From a virus: a stretch of DNA of 64,000 bases. The notes below the pieces were generated by a model. The model had not been told where the DNA came from, did not search any database, and was given only the letters and a program-made list of their open reading frames with translations. Location of the stretch: positions 1 to 64,000 of the IMG/VR virus record IMGVR_UViG_3300037137_001027, one strand, 5' to 3'. Of the stretch, positions 31,687-43,215 are shown piece after piece (position 1 is the first letter of the stretch; every line of letters begins with the position of its first letter). Position numbers and translations under genes: made by a program.

Positions 31687-32628
31687 TGATAATTCGAGTC
31701 ACTGATCCCTTGACGTTTAGAATTAAGATGGCCGAGGCACGCCGCTTGCGTAAACAGGGCAAAAAGGTTATCATTTGGGTAGATGATCTTGATGCTCTTT
31801 GTAAGGTTTATGATACGGAAGTCATCTGCGATATGCTTAATGGCATCCCATTGCATGTTGAGATTGATGAAGAAAACTTGAAGGTGCGTGATGAAAAAGA
31901 AACTAACCAAGGCACAAGAAGTCAAGCAGACGGAGGAGTATATCGCCTTCTTGCGGAAACGGCTCGACTCGAAGAACTATAAGGCGAATGTCTCTGCTGA
32001 AGAATACGAGAAAGAAAAGGGGAAGCTGGACAAAGCTAAATTCCGTCTCAAGATTATGAAGGGATAATATGGAAATCGAATACAACCTAGTAAATTACAA
32101 AGGCAACGTGGAGAAGGAAACGTCACGCATAGGTGACTACCTTTATAATGCGATTCTCTATAAAGAAGAGAAGATTCGGCTTGAGGATCAACCGAAGGTC
32201 GTTTGCGAAGCATTGGGGCGGTTGGTTGAACGTCTCTTAGACAAAAATGTATTGAATCTGGATGATTTCAAATACATTGCAGATTGTGGGTGGGACAGGG
32301 AGAGCGATTCGCTCAAGCTAAAACCTGCTGAGAAGGAGGAATAATGTGGCTACTGTAGTTTGCCAATTGTGGGAAGAAAGCGAAGCGGGGTGGGGTTGTC
32401 GGCCTGATGGCTGGACGGTACATAAAAGCGAAGCCGACCGCGTAGCTTTTTGTAAGGCGTATTGGGCGCGGCAACCTGCTGGTCCAGCACCAGATGAATA
32501 CACACGCGAATGCGGCGACCCGTATTTGATGGACCTTGACGCATGTTCAAAGCTTTATGAGGCTTTGGAAAAGTCTAATAATGGGGTTTGGGGCGAAGGA
32601 AATCGCCCGCCAACGTCTAAATAACGTT

Positions 32629-33153
32629 ATGGAGATGAATTTTAGGGAATATGCGGAAGCATATTGGGGCAAAGCATTAGGGGCTATTGGCGGCGGTATG
32701 TTGGGTGGAGTGCCTGGCGCTATTGGTGGCGCTTGGCTAGGACACAAAGCCGATCAATGGTATGATAAAGCAATGAACCCCCAACAGTACAGCAAACCAG
32801 ACCCTAAGTATTTCGTTTACTATAAGGATATAGGCGGGAATGTTAATAAGGAATTGTTGCCAAACGAGTATATTCCTATTGACAGAAAGTGGGAGAAATT
32901 AAACGCAGACCCATCACATCCTTATTATTACTATGGCGATGAGAAACAGAATAAGATTGTTACGAGAGTAAAGGCGGGTTATCAGAGCTATCAACGACAA
33001 TCAAAGCAAGGTCAATACCCAAGGGGTTATTTCAACCCACGTTATCAGCAAGGCTACGGTCAGCAAGGCTACGGTCAGCAAGGCTACGGTCAGCAAGGTC
33101 AGCAAGGCTACGGCGTGTATGGTCAACGTGGTTACGGTCAAAGCTGGCGATAA
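32629..33153 (+). CDS. Putative capsid-internal protein with glycine zipper and QQGYG repeats
   Basis: TAAATA 5 nt before the ATG; leader MEMNFREYAEA; GAIGGGMLGGVPGAIGGAWLG. Confidence 0.55.
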   Translation: MEMNFREYAEAYWGKALGAIGGGMLGGVPGAIGGAWLGHKADQWYDKAMNPQQYSKPDPKYFVYYKDIGGNVNKELLPNEYIPIDRKWEKLNADPSHPYYYYGDEKQNKIVTRVKAGYQSYQRQSKQGQYPRGYFNPRYQQGYGQQGYGQQGYGQQGQQGYGVYGQRGYGQSWR

Positions 33154-33389
33154 TTATGCAGTTTCCAACTTTACATTGTCATTGCGAGAAAGGCCATATT
33201 TGGGCGACATTGATCCCTGAATATTGGTTTGAGGTTAAGGACATTCAGTGTCCAGAATGCTATGGCGTCGTAGTTAAAATGAAGGCTGGAAACTGGAAAA
33301 CTCTGGAAGAAATTCAGCAAGCCTACGGGAATCGAGGTTGTACTAATCCTCCTGACGGTGAACAACAAAAATAGTCAGGGGGTATTCAA

Positions 33390-33548
33390 ATGTATCATTG
33401 TACAACTTGCGGAGCGCCAATTTCGGCAAATGCTCCAATTTGCTTCAACTGTGGTGAAACGGCAAGCGACGGCTGTAGTGGCTGTTTCGTTATCATCGGC
33501 TTCATTTTATTCCTCATGTTTGCTGGATGTTGTGGTGGGTTTCTCTAA
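33390..33548 (+). CDS. Small zinc-ribbon membrane protein (52 aa)
   Basis: MYHCTTCGAPISANAPICFNCG followed by a hydrophobic helix; not in the ORF track. Confidence 0.6.
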   Translation: MYHCTTCGAPISANAPICFNCGETASDGCSGCFVIIGFILFLMFAGCCGGFL

Positions 33549-33671
33549 TGGAACACGTTGGAACAGCGAGAGTAGTTAAGGCGTTGGTCGAATGCGCTGA
33601 AAAGCTTAATGGAGCGTTAAGCGGCGCACAACTGGCCAAGTATGAACCTTTGTTCACACTATTGGTGTAAA

Positions 33672-34160
33672 ATGCCATTCTTCCTAAATGATAAGGAAGT
33701 TCAGCCTGACGATGAAGGCTGTTTTGAGGCGAATTGCAGTGTTTGTTTTTCTGACAAACAGTGTCATTCGATCACTTATCCTAAGATTCAGGAGATATGT
33801 GCCGCCTTCAAGATCACTCCGCATTCATTTGCAGTTTGTAAAGATTGCTTTAAGAACGTGGATAAGCGATCCTTACAGACTAATATAATGGATTATTTCG
33901 TCATGGACGAATTATATCGTTGGACAATGGGTGCAAAGGATGGTGTTGTAAGAAGCGATTTGGAATTTCGTACTTTGATACAGGTGGCTATGGATCAAGG
34001 TATTCTTTATCGTGAAGAGAAGCGAACCCGCCATCGCTATACAAAAAATGAACGTATAACCCACACAGGGCTTATTAGTATGCTTAGAAGGGAAAATACA
34101 GGTGATTTTACTCCTAGCTCGCTTTACCAAAGTTTGTTTAAGAAGTTGTATGATGGATAA
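33672..34160 (+). CDS. Hypothetical Zn-binding protein
   Basis: CSVC...CKDC. Confidence 0.6.
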   Translation: MPFFLNDKEVQPDDEGCFEANCSVCFSDKQCHSITYPKIQEICAAFKITPHSFAVCKDCFKNVDKRSLQTNIMDYFVMDELYRWTMGAKDGVVRSDLEFRTLIQVAMDQGILYREEKRTRHRYTKNERITHTGLISMLRRENTGDFTPSSLYQSLFKKLYDG

Positions 34161-34172
34161 ATAGAGAATATT

Positions 34173-35510
34173 ATGAAAGATTCTAGGTCACAAAAATCCT
34201 GTAAAATGAAGAAGAAAGAGCTTCGCGCTAAACGCGCTGCGATCATCGAACGGGCCGAGAAAGATAAGACCCCACCTAAAATCTTCATTTTGTCTCAAAA
34301 AGTCCGCAATATGCCAGTAGCCATTGAAGCGGCTTTTAACGGGGAAAATTTCCCTTATAGTGAACGTAAGATTCAGAACGTTATTCAGGCAAAAAACAAA
34401 CATCCCGACCCAGCTTTCTTAAAGCGAATCTTCCTTCATTTCGCTAATTTGAAAATCGAATTTGCTGACAAGAAACCAACCTACGCTGCAACAGGTTCCG
34501 CCCCTATTGATATACTTACGAATCTGGCTCACTATCAGGGTGATGTAATTCGTGAAGTAGAAACGTGGAAACCCAGCAGTCATAATCTTCAAAAACAGGT
34601 TTATTCTTTCGCACGGCATTTGTTTGCAAAATACTACATTCCAGCTTTCATGGACTCCGCTTGGACGGGTGGCCCTGGCAGCTTGTATATGAATTGGTTC
34701 GTTCAGATTGGGCAAGGGCATAACATTCGCACAATGAATGGACTGCCTATTCCCTTGACAAAGAAAGAAGCCCATCTGACAATGGAAGCGCCGAAGGATT
34801 TCACCATCCCGCAAGCAATCCGTTATGGGCAGGTTTTGAATCTCGGTGGAGACGAGCGGTTAGTTCGCCAGCTTCTTCGTACCCGAATTGGAGTGAATTT
34901 CGAGAATAATGAATTTTGGGTGAGCGTGTTTCGTTGGCTGCTCTTACACCCCATGCTTGACGTTGCCCATTATGCTCCTGTTGTCGATTACATTTTCAAT
35001 CAGAAATTCGTTCCGTATCGCATGGATGAGAAAGGATATATGGTTTGCGCTCAACCTAATTTAAGCATGAAAGGCCGCGACCCCGAAAGCCTGCTGCGTC
35101 AAGTTGAAGCGTGGCATAAGCAATTAGGGAAGGAAAAGAAGGGCAGCTTTTCTCAGTGGGCATCTTCGGGCATTAAGGGCTTTTATAGCAAGAATGACCG
35201 CGAAAATGTTATTCGTATGATTCAGGAGATTTGCACGCAAAAAGAATTGATTAACGAAGGTCGGGTAATGAAGCATTGTGCGGGTTCCTACGCTGGTTCC
35301 TGCGCTCAAGGGCGTATCTCCATTTGGAAGTTTGAAGAAATGTCGGCGGAAGGGATAGAGAAGAGATTGACAATCGAAGTCAGCAACCGCGATAAATCTA
35401 TTACTCAGGCTCGCGGTAAGTATAATGCTATTGCAAATGCCAGCGATAAATACTGGCTTAACCAGTGGGCAAGAGAAGCGGGATTAGGTGTTTCTCGCTA
35501 TATGATATAA
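34173..35510 (+). CDS. PcfJ-domain protein
   Basis: VEAWH...ELINEGRVMKHCAGSY...RLTIEV...QARGKYN. Confidence 0.85.
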   Translation: MKDSRSQKSCKMKKKELRAKRAAIIERAEKDKTPPKIFILSQKVRNMPVAIEAAFNGENFPYSERKIQNVIQAKNKHPDPAFLKRIFLHFANLKIEFADKKPTYAATGSAPIDILTNLAHYQGDVIREVETWKPSSHNLQKQVYSFARHLFAKYYIPAFMDSAWTGGPGSLYMNWFVQIGQGHNIRTMNGLPIPLTKKEAHLTMEAPKDFTIPQAIRYGQVLNLGGDERLVRQLLRTRIGVNFENNEFWVSVFRWLLLHPMLDVAHYAPVVDYIFNQKFVPYRMDEKGYMVCAQPNLSMKGRDPESLLRQVEAWHKQLGKEKKGSFSQWASSGIKGFYSKNDRENVIRMIQEICTQKELINEGRVMKHCAGSYAGSCAQGRISIWKFEEMSAEGIEKRLTIEVSNRDKSITQARGKYNAIANASDKYWLNQWAREAGLGVSRYMI

Positions 35511-35960
35511 TGGAAAAGATTAAACCTGGAATAGTAGTTAAAGACTACTATGGTAATGAAACCACAATATATCCCACGGGGATAGAGTGGCTTTTTGCAT
35601 TTGCTTTTAAGGGATGCGATTGGGCTATTAAGCAATTGGAGAGTTTAGAACCACATAGATATGATGCCGAAATCTGGAAGGGTGACGGCATTTGAAGGAG
35701 GATTAACATGGACGAAAACAGAACACTACAGGACGTACTGGCGGCTTTGGATGAATTCCTGATTTACCGTACTGATGGTAAATTGCAGGATTTGTTGAAG
35801 GTCCGTAACAAATTGCGTCAGGAACGACAGGAGAAGGAACATGCTGGACATGCTACTCCGCTTTCCAGTGGCTGGCCTTGCGTGTGGCCTTGGTACGGCG
35901 GTTATTAACCTCTAATTGAGGTTGTACTAATTGGGTTGTAGCTTGCACAAAGGATCGAAC

Positions 35961-36266
35961 TTAGCGTTTCCATGTAGGGTCGTTGTATTGACCATAGGTG
36001 CGTGGTGATGCTCTTAAACCATGTGGCGTTGTTTCTGGTGGTACGAAACTTTGATAATACCGTAATTTATTTTTAGGTTCACTTAACCACCTTTGAAAAG
36101 CATCAACAAGCGAAACTCCTCGCCCTTGTCTTATATCATCAATTTCCTGAATGGCCTTCGGGTCAAGAAGATCATACAGGTTTTTCAGCCTCTGAGGTAA
36201 ATCGCCATATTGAGGGTTCCATTTACCTTTAACATACTGTTTGAACCCTTCATTGAAAGCTTCCAT
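35961..36266 (-). CDS. Putative late/capsid-internal protein
   Basis: TAAATA-GGTT-ATG; MEAFNEGFKQY leader; antisense island. Confidence 0.45.
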   Translation of the reverse strand: MEAFNEGFKQYVKGKWNPQYGDLPQRLKNLYDLLDPKAIQEIDDIRQGRGVSLVDAFQRWLSEPKNKLRYYQSFVPPETTPHGLRASPRTYGQYNDPTWKR

Positions 36267-36337
36267 AACCTATTTAGCCGATGGAGAATGATATTCTAAT
36301 GTATAAATACAACCAATAAAGAAGCCTAAATTATGTT

Positions 36338-36628
36338 ATGAAAAATGAATTAAAAAGTTTATTAATCGGTGACGATAAGCAGCAATTACTCAAAGAACTA
36401 ATAATGTCTCTTAAATCTATATGCCAGGAACTAGACCTGGATTTTGATTTAGCCTTAGATAAATCTGATCCGCCTGTTGAATTTGTCTCAAGTGATTGCG
36501 AACATGTAAAAGCGTTCCCCTGTGGCGGCGACTCGGTTTTTTGTCCAACTTGCAACAGTTTCATTGTGAAGGGTAAAATGGGGGGCATGGACGTTTCTGA
36601 TTACCTGAAAATAAACCACTGGCGGTGA
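36338..36628 (+). CDS. Hypothetical protein with Cys/His cluster
   Basis: TATAAATA at 36302-36309 upstream; CEH...CPTC. Confidence 0.6.
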   Translation: MKNELKSLLIGDDKQQLLKELIMSLKSICQELDLDFDLALDKSDPPVEFVSSDCEHVKAFPCGGDSVFCPTCNSFIVKGKMGGMDVSDYLKINHWR

Positions 36629-36689
36629 ATTGCGGTTGTACTAATCAAATCGGAGCTTTCCAAAGGCAAAATTCGTGGTAAAATAAACT

Positions 36690-37007
36690 ATGTTGCGCAC
36701 TGACGGAAAATATGAAATTTACATTCTGGAGTTTAGCGTCAAGGGTGAGAACAAGTGGCATACACTTAGCTTCGACGCTGCCTGGGTGTCTCCAGAATTG
36801 TATAAAACCAAAAAAGAAATTTGGAAGACGTTCAGTGCATGTGGTCAATGCTGGCAAGAAATAGGTATCCACGGCACTTATGACGTGGAAATTGCGATTA
36901 AGTTATATGTTTTGCTTACACAATATGGCTTGCAGAAAGAACGGTATATGTACCGCGTAACCAAGAAGACCATTTCGCAAGAAAGCGAAGTTTTATGGTG
37001 TGGATGA
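36690..37007 (+). CDS. Hypothetical protein
   Basis: Downstream of tandem class A and class B promoters. Confidence 0.6.
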   Translation: MLRTDGKYEIYILEFSVKGENKWHTLSFDAAWVSPELYKTKKEIWKTFSACGQCWQEIGIHGTYDVEIAIKLYVLLTQYGLQKERYMYRVTKKTISQESEVLWCG

Positions 37008-37316
37008 AATGGACGAATTAGAAAAATTGAAAAAAGAGAACGAACAGCTAAAGCTGACCATCAAGCAACTGCGTCAGCAGTTAGAAGCTTATCAGCAGCA
37101 GTCGCGGCGTCAATTCCATGATGACTACGACCACGTTCCCTATCACGAACATGACCGTGACTAATTGAGGTTGTACTAAATCATGGTAGGAAGATCGGCG
37201 TGCAATGGATTTGTTGGAAGGACGCTGGCCCTAACCTAGACTAGCCTATGGTATGTCTGGATTCATTCCTTTTAAGAACATTTACGGGGTAGTAAAACAA
37301 CAAATGGAAAATTCAA

Positions 37317-37775
37317 ATGGGGCTAATGGGTCCAAAACACCCGACTGTTCGGGTTAGAGTCCGATATATGGACGCAAGGATTGATGTGATTCTTGCGCCA
37401 CTAATCAAAACACTCTGGCAATATGGCATTGTGACACTGAATTGTTGCCAGGAGAACCGTCCAGGCATTGCCTGGATTCAGTTTCAAACTCCGTGGGACG
37501 CAACCAACTTTCTCAACGTGGTAGCTGACCTTCCTACTAAGCAACAGCTTAAAACCTACCAATTTTGGGATACAACGTATGGTCGCATTACCCGCGAAGG
37601 ACAATTTGGCGAATGGGAATATAAATGTCACGTTCGCAACGAAAATGAAAACATTGGAAAAGCACTATTTAATTTCGCTATTTCTGTTCGCTTTCCAGTG
37701 ACCGATCTTCCTGCAATTATGAAAGCATTTGGGGACAAACAAAGAGTTTTGGAGAGAATTCGTAATGTATATTAA
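37317..37775 (+). CDS. Hypothetical protein with TYW3-like N-terminal motif
   Basis: IDVILAPLIKTLWQYGIVTLNCCQ. Confidence 0.45.
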   Translation: MGLMGPKHPTVRVRVRYMDARIDVILAPLIKTLWQYGIVTLNCCQENRPGIAWIQFQTPWDATNFLNVVADLPTKQQLKTYQFWDTTYGRITREGQFGEWEYKCHVRNENENIGKALFNFAISVRFPVTDLPAIMKAFGDKQRVLERIRNVY

Positions 37776-38269
37776 TAGTTGGAATACCGTCCCCGATGGG
37801 GCGAGAGTAATTGAGGACACATACAACGAGGTATATGTAGTCTTTACCAAGGATGACAAGAAATGGCTACGGCAAGTCGGCTGGCAGGTTGGCGATAAGC
37901 CTGTGCCTGATTGTGAGCGACCATGCGATTTTGAGCCTGATTGCATTTACGATCAACCCTGGATACGCCTTGATTGAGGTTGTACTAAACCATGTATGAT
38001 CCAGAAGCAAGTTTTACCGCTAACACTGAATTTGACAAAATGGCAGCAAGAGTAGAACAATTTGCCCAAACTCTTAGAGCTACTACTGATGATTTACCAG
38101 CGGCAATACGGGTTGGTGATGGCTTGAAGCAAGCTGTTGAGTTACTTCGTCATCAATATGACGAATATCTCAATGAATTTGATCCTGATAAGAAAGCAAT
38201 GCTCCACAAGCGATGGCACGCGAAAGTTGATGAATTTCTTGCAATACTAAAAGGAATGGCTGAACAACT

Positions 38270-38626
38270 ATGATAAGCGGCAAACTAGACCATGAGTATG
38301 ATACCGAGGAAGGGGAGCTATTCGAGCTTGAAATCGAATACTCCTATGTCCCATATACCCCCGCCAAACTGACTGCTGATCCCTATTACAGTGAGCCAGC
38401 GGACGGCGGCGGCTGTGAAGAAATCATATTCAAAGTCGTAGGCTATCGTCAATATGATGAAAACAATGATGTTACTCAGGATTTGCCAAAGCTGACTCCT
38501 GAACAGAGTAAGAAACTAACGGACAAGTTTGATAAAATGGTAAGTGATAGTCAGCGATTGCAGAACTATTTCCAAGACCTTTGTAGCAGAGACGCTGAAC
38601 GATCAAGGGAGCCTGATTATGAGTAA
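38270..38626 (+). CDS. Hypothetical acidic protein
   Basis: ATGA-coupled to its neighbours. Confidence 0.65.
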   Translation: MISGKLDHEYDTEEGELFELEIEYSYVPYTPAKLTADPYYSEPADGGGCEEIIFKVVGYRQYDENNDVTQDLPKLTPEQSKKLTDKFDKMVSDSQRLQNYFQDLCSRDAERSREPDYE

Positions 38627-39303
38627 TATCCAATACTACTACGGTACGAAAAAGGTTCGCCAAGCAATCGGCACCATTTATCGTGGTGACTTTGAAGGCG
38701 ATTTTGGCGAAGTCCTTAATAGCTTTATGGCAGAGTATGCCAGTTATAAGAAGTATCTTGATGAACCGCATGAAGTAACGGAGCGAAGCGGTTATGGAAA
38801 GCATTTGTATCTTGACGGCACGGATAAGAAGACCGTCAAGTTCGATAGCCTGCATCTTGACTGGCAAGACACTTATGACGACGAAAAGGAATTGCGGGTT
38901 GTCGGTGAGCGGGCAATGGATGCTGGTGAACTAGCTGCCTATGAAGCAGAACTTGAAAAGTCCAAGGAACGTGAAATTGAGCAACTGCGCAAGCTAAAGG
39001 AAAAGTACCCGAATGTCTGAGGCATTAAAGAGCGGTCAGACAGTACAAATTGAAGGGGAGTCGCCGTTAATTGCGGTTGTACTAATTCAGTCATGAACAT
39101 CAATCAAAAACGAGAAGTCATCCTTGAAACTCTTTGGAGTGAATATGATTTTGGGGATGAAGTAGTCAAAGACGTTAATGGGTGGGAGCGCACTAGCGTT
39201 GACGACTACAACCGCGTGGTTTTCCTCGAAAAGGGCGACGAATCTTCGACGCGGGCCGTATTTCATGTCAAGTTTAAGAAAGGCACCGTAGAAGTCGAGA
39301 GTC

Positions 39304-39831
39304 ATGGCTTTTGACAAACTGAGAATTCATATGGAGGGCTATATGCTTGAAGGCAACAAGATTCAACTAGAAATGGTTGAAGAGTTTCAATGTCCTGGCT
39401 GTATCAATGGTCATGGTCCTGAAACTTGCAAGTCATATAAACTGAAAGAAGACTACCTGGGTGGCAACCCACGTTACTTTCAGTGTGAAAACTGGCGTCC
39501 ATCGACGTTCATGAGTGGCGTGGGGCGTCTTTGTCTTGGCTTGCCCAAAGGTTTTTTGCGCACGGGTAGCGTGGAATTTGGTGAAAAGACACCGAATTAC
39601 TTGCGGCTCTATGAGAATCCTGAAAATCGTCCCCAATACAACAGGTTTAATATCCCTGTTTGGGCAATGGAGAAAGACGGATACCTCTATGTCCGTTGTT
39701 TCTGCCCACGAAGTTGTTGGGTATTCGTGGATGTAATCAAGGATGGCAAGGTTGAAATGGCGTCCTTTAAGGATGGCGCATACGAGCATAAAGCTATCAA
39801 CGTGGGTGAGTTTTACGATGAAATCGACTAA
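39304..39831 (+). CDS. Hypothetical Cys-containing protein
   Basis: ORF track; operon context. Confidence 0.7.
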   Translation: MAFDKLRIHMEGYMLEGNKIQLEMVEEFQCPGCINGHGPETCKSYKLKEDYLGGNPRYFQCENWRPSTFMSGVGRLCLGLPKGFLRTGSVEFGEKTPNYLRLYENPENRPQYNRFNIPVWAMEKDGYLYVRCFCPRSCWVFVDVIKDGKVEMASFKDGAYEHKAINVGEFYDEID

Positions 39832-39843
39832 CAAGGGGACAAA

Positions 39844-40257
39844 ATGATTAATTTCTTCATTCTCAACGGCGATCAAAAGCGAACCTGTACCGCTTCCGAC
39901 GTGAGTAAAGCGACTCAAATTTTGTCGCTTATGTTTCCTACCAGCAGGGGTTATATTGTCGAAGACAATAAGGTTGTCTTCGCCCATAATATGACCCCTG
40001 ATGAAGCTGAAACTGTCGCTGGCTTGAAGCCTATGCAATCCATTACGCTTCTGGCTCCAAAGGCCGCTCTGGTCAAGCCGAAGAAAACTAAGGCTAAGAA
40101 GCCTGTTGTCAAGGCCAAGAAGACTAAGCTCAAGAGCAAGGTCGTGGTCAAGAATAACAAGAAGCCCGTCGTCAAGAAGACGGTGGTTAAGTCCAAGGTC
40201 AAGCCGAAGATTAAGGCTAAGAAGTCTGTCAAGGCTAAGGCGAAAGGCAAACGCTAA
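39844..40257 (+). CDS. Protein with histone H1-like Lys-rich tail
   Basis: KPKKTKAKKPVVKAKK... C-terminus. Confidence 0.7.
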   Translation: MINFFILNGDQKRTCTASDVSKATQILSLMFPTSRGYIVEDNKVVFAHNMTPDEAETVAGLKPMQSITLLAPKAALVKPKKTKAKKPVVKAKKTKLKSKVVVKNNKKPVVKKTVVKSKVKPKIKAKKSVKAKAKGKR

Positions 40258-41242
40258 TGGCCATATCTTGGGAGAATCAAAATGAAAGCAATAGAAAAGA
40301 ACTTGCGAGAGATTCTGGATAAGATGGATGTTCCTGCCATGCGGAAGGAATTAACGGTTCCTAATCTCCGCTGGTTGCAGAGAAATCTGTTCATCCGTAA
40401 TAAGGATAAGGATGAATTTCCATCTGCTGTCCATTTTATCGCTACATTGCTGACGTTCCACGGTGAAGACCCACGGATTGGAGCAATTGATGCTCACTAG
40501 ATTGAGTCCAATGATTCCTGAAAACGGAGAAGGCATCAAACGGAATTCATTGCTTTGTATATCTGATTTCATTTTCTGGCTTAACAAGAATAAGCCCGAA
40601 GTGTTCAAAGAGGCTGTAAAAGCTGTTGACGATTGTAAAACAGCTTTTAATGACCTTGATAAGCACGTTGAACTTTGGAGAAAGTAATGAAAATTGTATC
40701 AAATTAATTCGTAGGGCTGTGGGCTGTTCCGTGCGATCATCCCCGTGATTACGCTGAAATTAGGAGCTAATATGCACCCGTTTCATCGAGACATGCTTAA
40801 CAAGATTCAGGAGAAGTGCCTGAATTACCCGACCAATCATCCTCTCAAGCGGAGTAGCAACGTCGCTTTCAGGGATTTGTTTGATCCTTATTGCGACGAA
40901 TACAAGGGTATTGATGACGATACTCGACTTGCCATTCTCCGCGAAATGTTCAAGGAAGGCATGATTACAAGCCTTCTGGTGTTTTATAAGTGTTTCATGG
41001 ACATATTTGCGGAGAAGCGGCCAGACATTGCAAACGCGGCACCTGATGCACTAGCACTACTGCTAGAACACGCAGTCGTAACTCCAATTGTACCCAAGAA
41101 GGTGTAAGATGACCCAAGAAGAAGCTGCTAAGGTTATCGCAATCCTAAAAACCGCCGATGGTGGTTGTAAGTTTTGTGCAGCAGAACTATTGAAGAAGTT
41201 TTTTAAGGATTTCCCTGAGTGGAAATCATTGGCTAAAAAGAA

Positions 41243-41617
41243 ATGAGCGATTTCAAAATTAACGGCGTACCGTGGGAAAATTGTATTAGGTCGCCATACG
41301 AAGATCGAAGTATGCCTAAAGGAATTATCCTCTGGCTTGATGACGTGCGTGAAATGCCTGCCCATTATACGCATTGGGCCAAGACTGCCCGCCAAGCCAT
41401 TGAACTTCTCCAAACAGGGGAAGTTAGCGAGTGTTCGCTGGACCATGACTTAGGCAATCAGATTGAAACTGGTTACGATGTTGCGAAATGGATTGAAGAA
41501 CATGCCCATGACGGGACACTCAAACCGATTCGTTGCAGGGTTCATAGTCAAAACCCTGTAGGCGCAAAGAACATTAAAATGGCACTGCAAAGTGCTTATA
41601 GGGCATGGGGAACATGA
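41243..41617 (+). CDS. Cyclic-phosphate-processing receiver-domain protein
   Basis: LWLDDVR, SLDHDLG, TGYDVAKWI and HSQNPVG motifs. Confidence 0.8.
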   Translation: MSDFKINGVPWENCIRSPYEDRSMPKGIILWLDDVREMPAHYTHWAKTARQAIELLQTGEVSECSLDHDLGNQIETGYDVAKWIEEHAHDGTLKPIRCRVHSQNPVGAKNIKMALQSAYRAWGT

Positions 41618-41922
41618 AATCATTGCCATTATATCCTGGTGCTAGACAATGTGTGCGAAGTGGGTTTTGTTGTAAAGTCGCACCTTGTCCGTTCGGTACT
41701 TGGGATGAATTAGCCCATCAATGTAAACATCTTGTAAAGGATAAAAATGGGCAATACGAATGCGGAATCTATGAACAAATCGTTAGTAACCCGCACAGTG
41801 GATGGCAGTTCGCTCCAGCGTTCGGTGCGGGCTGTTGCTCCCCCTTCAACTCCGACCGTCAACGAATTATCAAAGAAGCAATTGATCGTGCTAATGGCAT
41901 TGTTCCAAGCACTCCTGAATAA
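41614..41922 (+). CDS. YkgJ/CxxCxxCC-like cysteine-cluster protein
   Basis: CVRSGFCC...CKHL...CGIYE. Confidence 0.6.
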   Translation: MKSLPLYPGARQCVRSGFCCKVAPCPFGTWDELAHQCKHLVKDKNGQYECGIYEQIVSNPHSGWQFAPAFGAGCCSPFNSDRQRIIKEAIDRANGIVPSTPE

Positions 41923-42720
41923 CACCATGAGTCCTGATGTACGAGAACTATCCATTGGCGCGACGTGCGGCGCATTGCGGGGCATAATGGACGAAAAAGA
42001 AGTGGAGCAAATTGCGCGGCGTCTTATGAATTTCCGTCAAGGCAACATTATGGACTCAATGTTCTAGGAGGTAGAATAATGCACTGCCGCGACGAAAAGT
42101 GTCTTATATTCGCCAATGCAATCCTTTCCATGATGAAAGGACTAACAGCAATGGAAGCCAAACCATTGCACGGCGAAGCCCAATTAAACTTTTGCGTGCT
42201 GCCAATTCTTAATGCAGTCCAAGCAAAATTGGAGCAATTTAGAGAAGGCGAAGACGTTAAAGTGGACGATTTTGATGACCTTTGGAAAGGTAATGTATAA
42301 TGGTCGCTCTGGCTGATAGATTGGCTATTCCTAACGGCCCGCGCTATGGCTGGCTCCAAACCAATGATACCTATTTGCTCTGCGAACTAAATAACATTTT
42401 TGGTAAGGAACTATTCATTCGCGGCGCAGTAGAGAGTAAGCAAAAAGGCTCAGAAAAAGCCAATGAGTATTTCGATAAGCATTTAGAAGTGGATTACTTC
42501 ATCTATTCCACTGACGCGCCAACGCAGTGCGACTTAGTTTATGTGGAAAAAAGTCGTATATTGTTTTATCGGCCTAGTAAAACTTGGTCGCGTGGTCGAA
42601 GCGGGCGGTCCCATTTTAGACCAGCTTCATGTAGGTTTGTTAGGCTGAAACGGCAAATTCTGACGATCTTTGATGAAGAGTTGTACATCAAAAAGTAATT
42701 GCGGTTGTACTAATCCAAGC

Positions 42721-43206
42721 ATGGACACACTCAAATCCTACCTGGAATCTTCCATCTTGGCCTGGAAAGACTCGGCTATTGCAGCTTACAATAAGCTGAT
42801 TCTCGACCACGGCGAAAGGTTCTGTGGAGTAGTGCCTTCTGACTCAATCGAGGAGACAAGAAAGTGGCGCAAGGCTCGCAAGCCTAAGATCAAGCAATGT
42901 TTCTATAATTCGCAGATGTTTATACTAACCGCTGACAATGGCCTGTATTATGAAGGCTATTGCTTTGACGGTCTAATCCCATTTCATCATGCCTGGGTTG
43001 TCATTGATGGCAAAGTGGTCGATTTCACCCTGGAATCGCGGGATAAGTCGCTCAAACGTCAAAAGATTAAGAATACTGCCAGTAACCCTGTATATCTTGG
43101 CGTGGTCGTACCGAAACGGTTCATTATGACTAATATTGTCAAAACAGGCGTGGCTGAACCTTTGGCACACAAACACTATCTTAAATCAGAATTAAGATTT
43201 TTGTGA
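42721..43206 (+). CDS. Hypothetical protein with a possible Cys-His-Asp triad
   Basis: QCFYNS...YYEGY...HHAWV...VVDFT; SD-less start 7 nt after the motif. Confidence 0.65.
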   Translation: MDTLKSYLESSILAWKDSAIAAYNKLILDHGERFCGVVPSDSIEETRKWRKARKPKIKQCFYNSQMFILTADNGLYYEGYCFDGLIPFHHAWVVIDGKVVDFTLESRDKSLKRQKIKNTASNPVYLGVVVPKRFIMTNIVKTGVAEPLAHKHYLKSELRFL

Positions 43207-43215
43207 GGTAATTTA

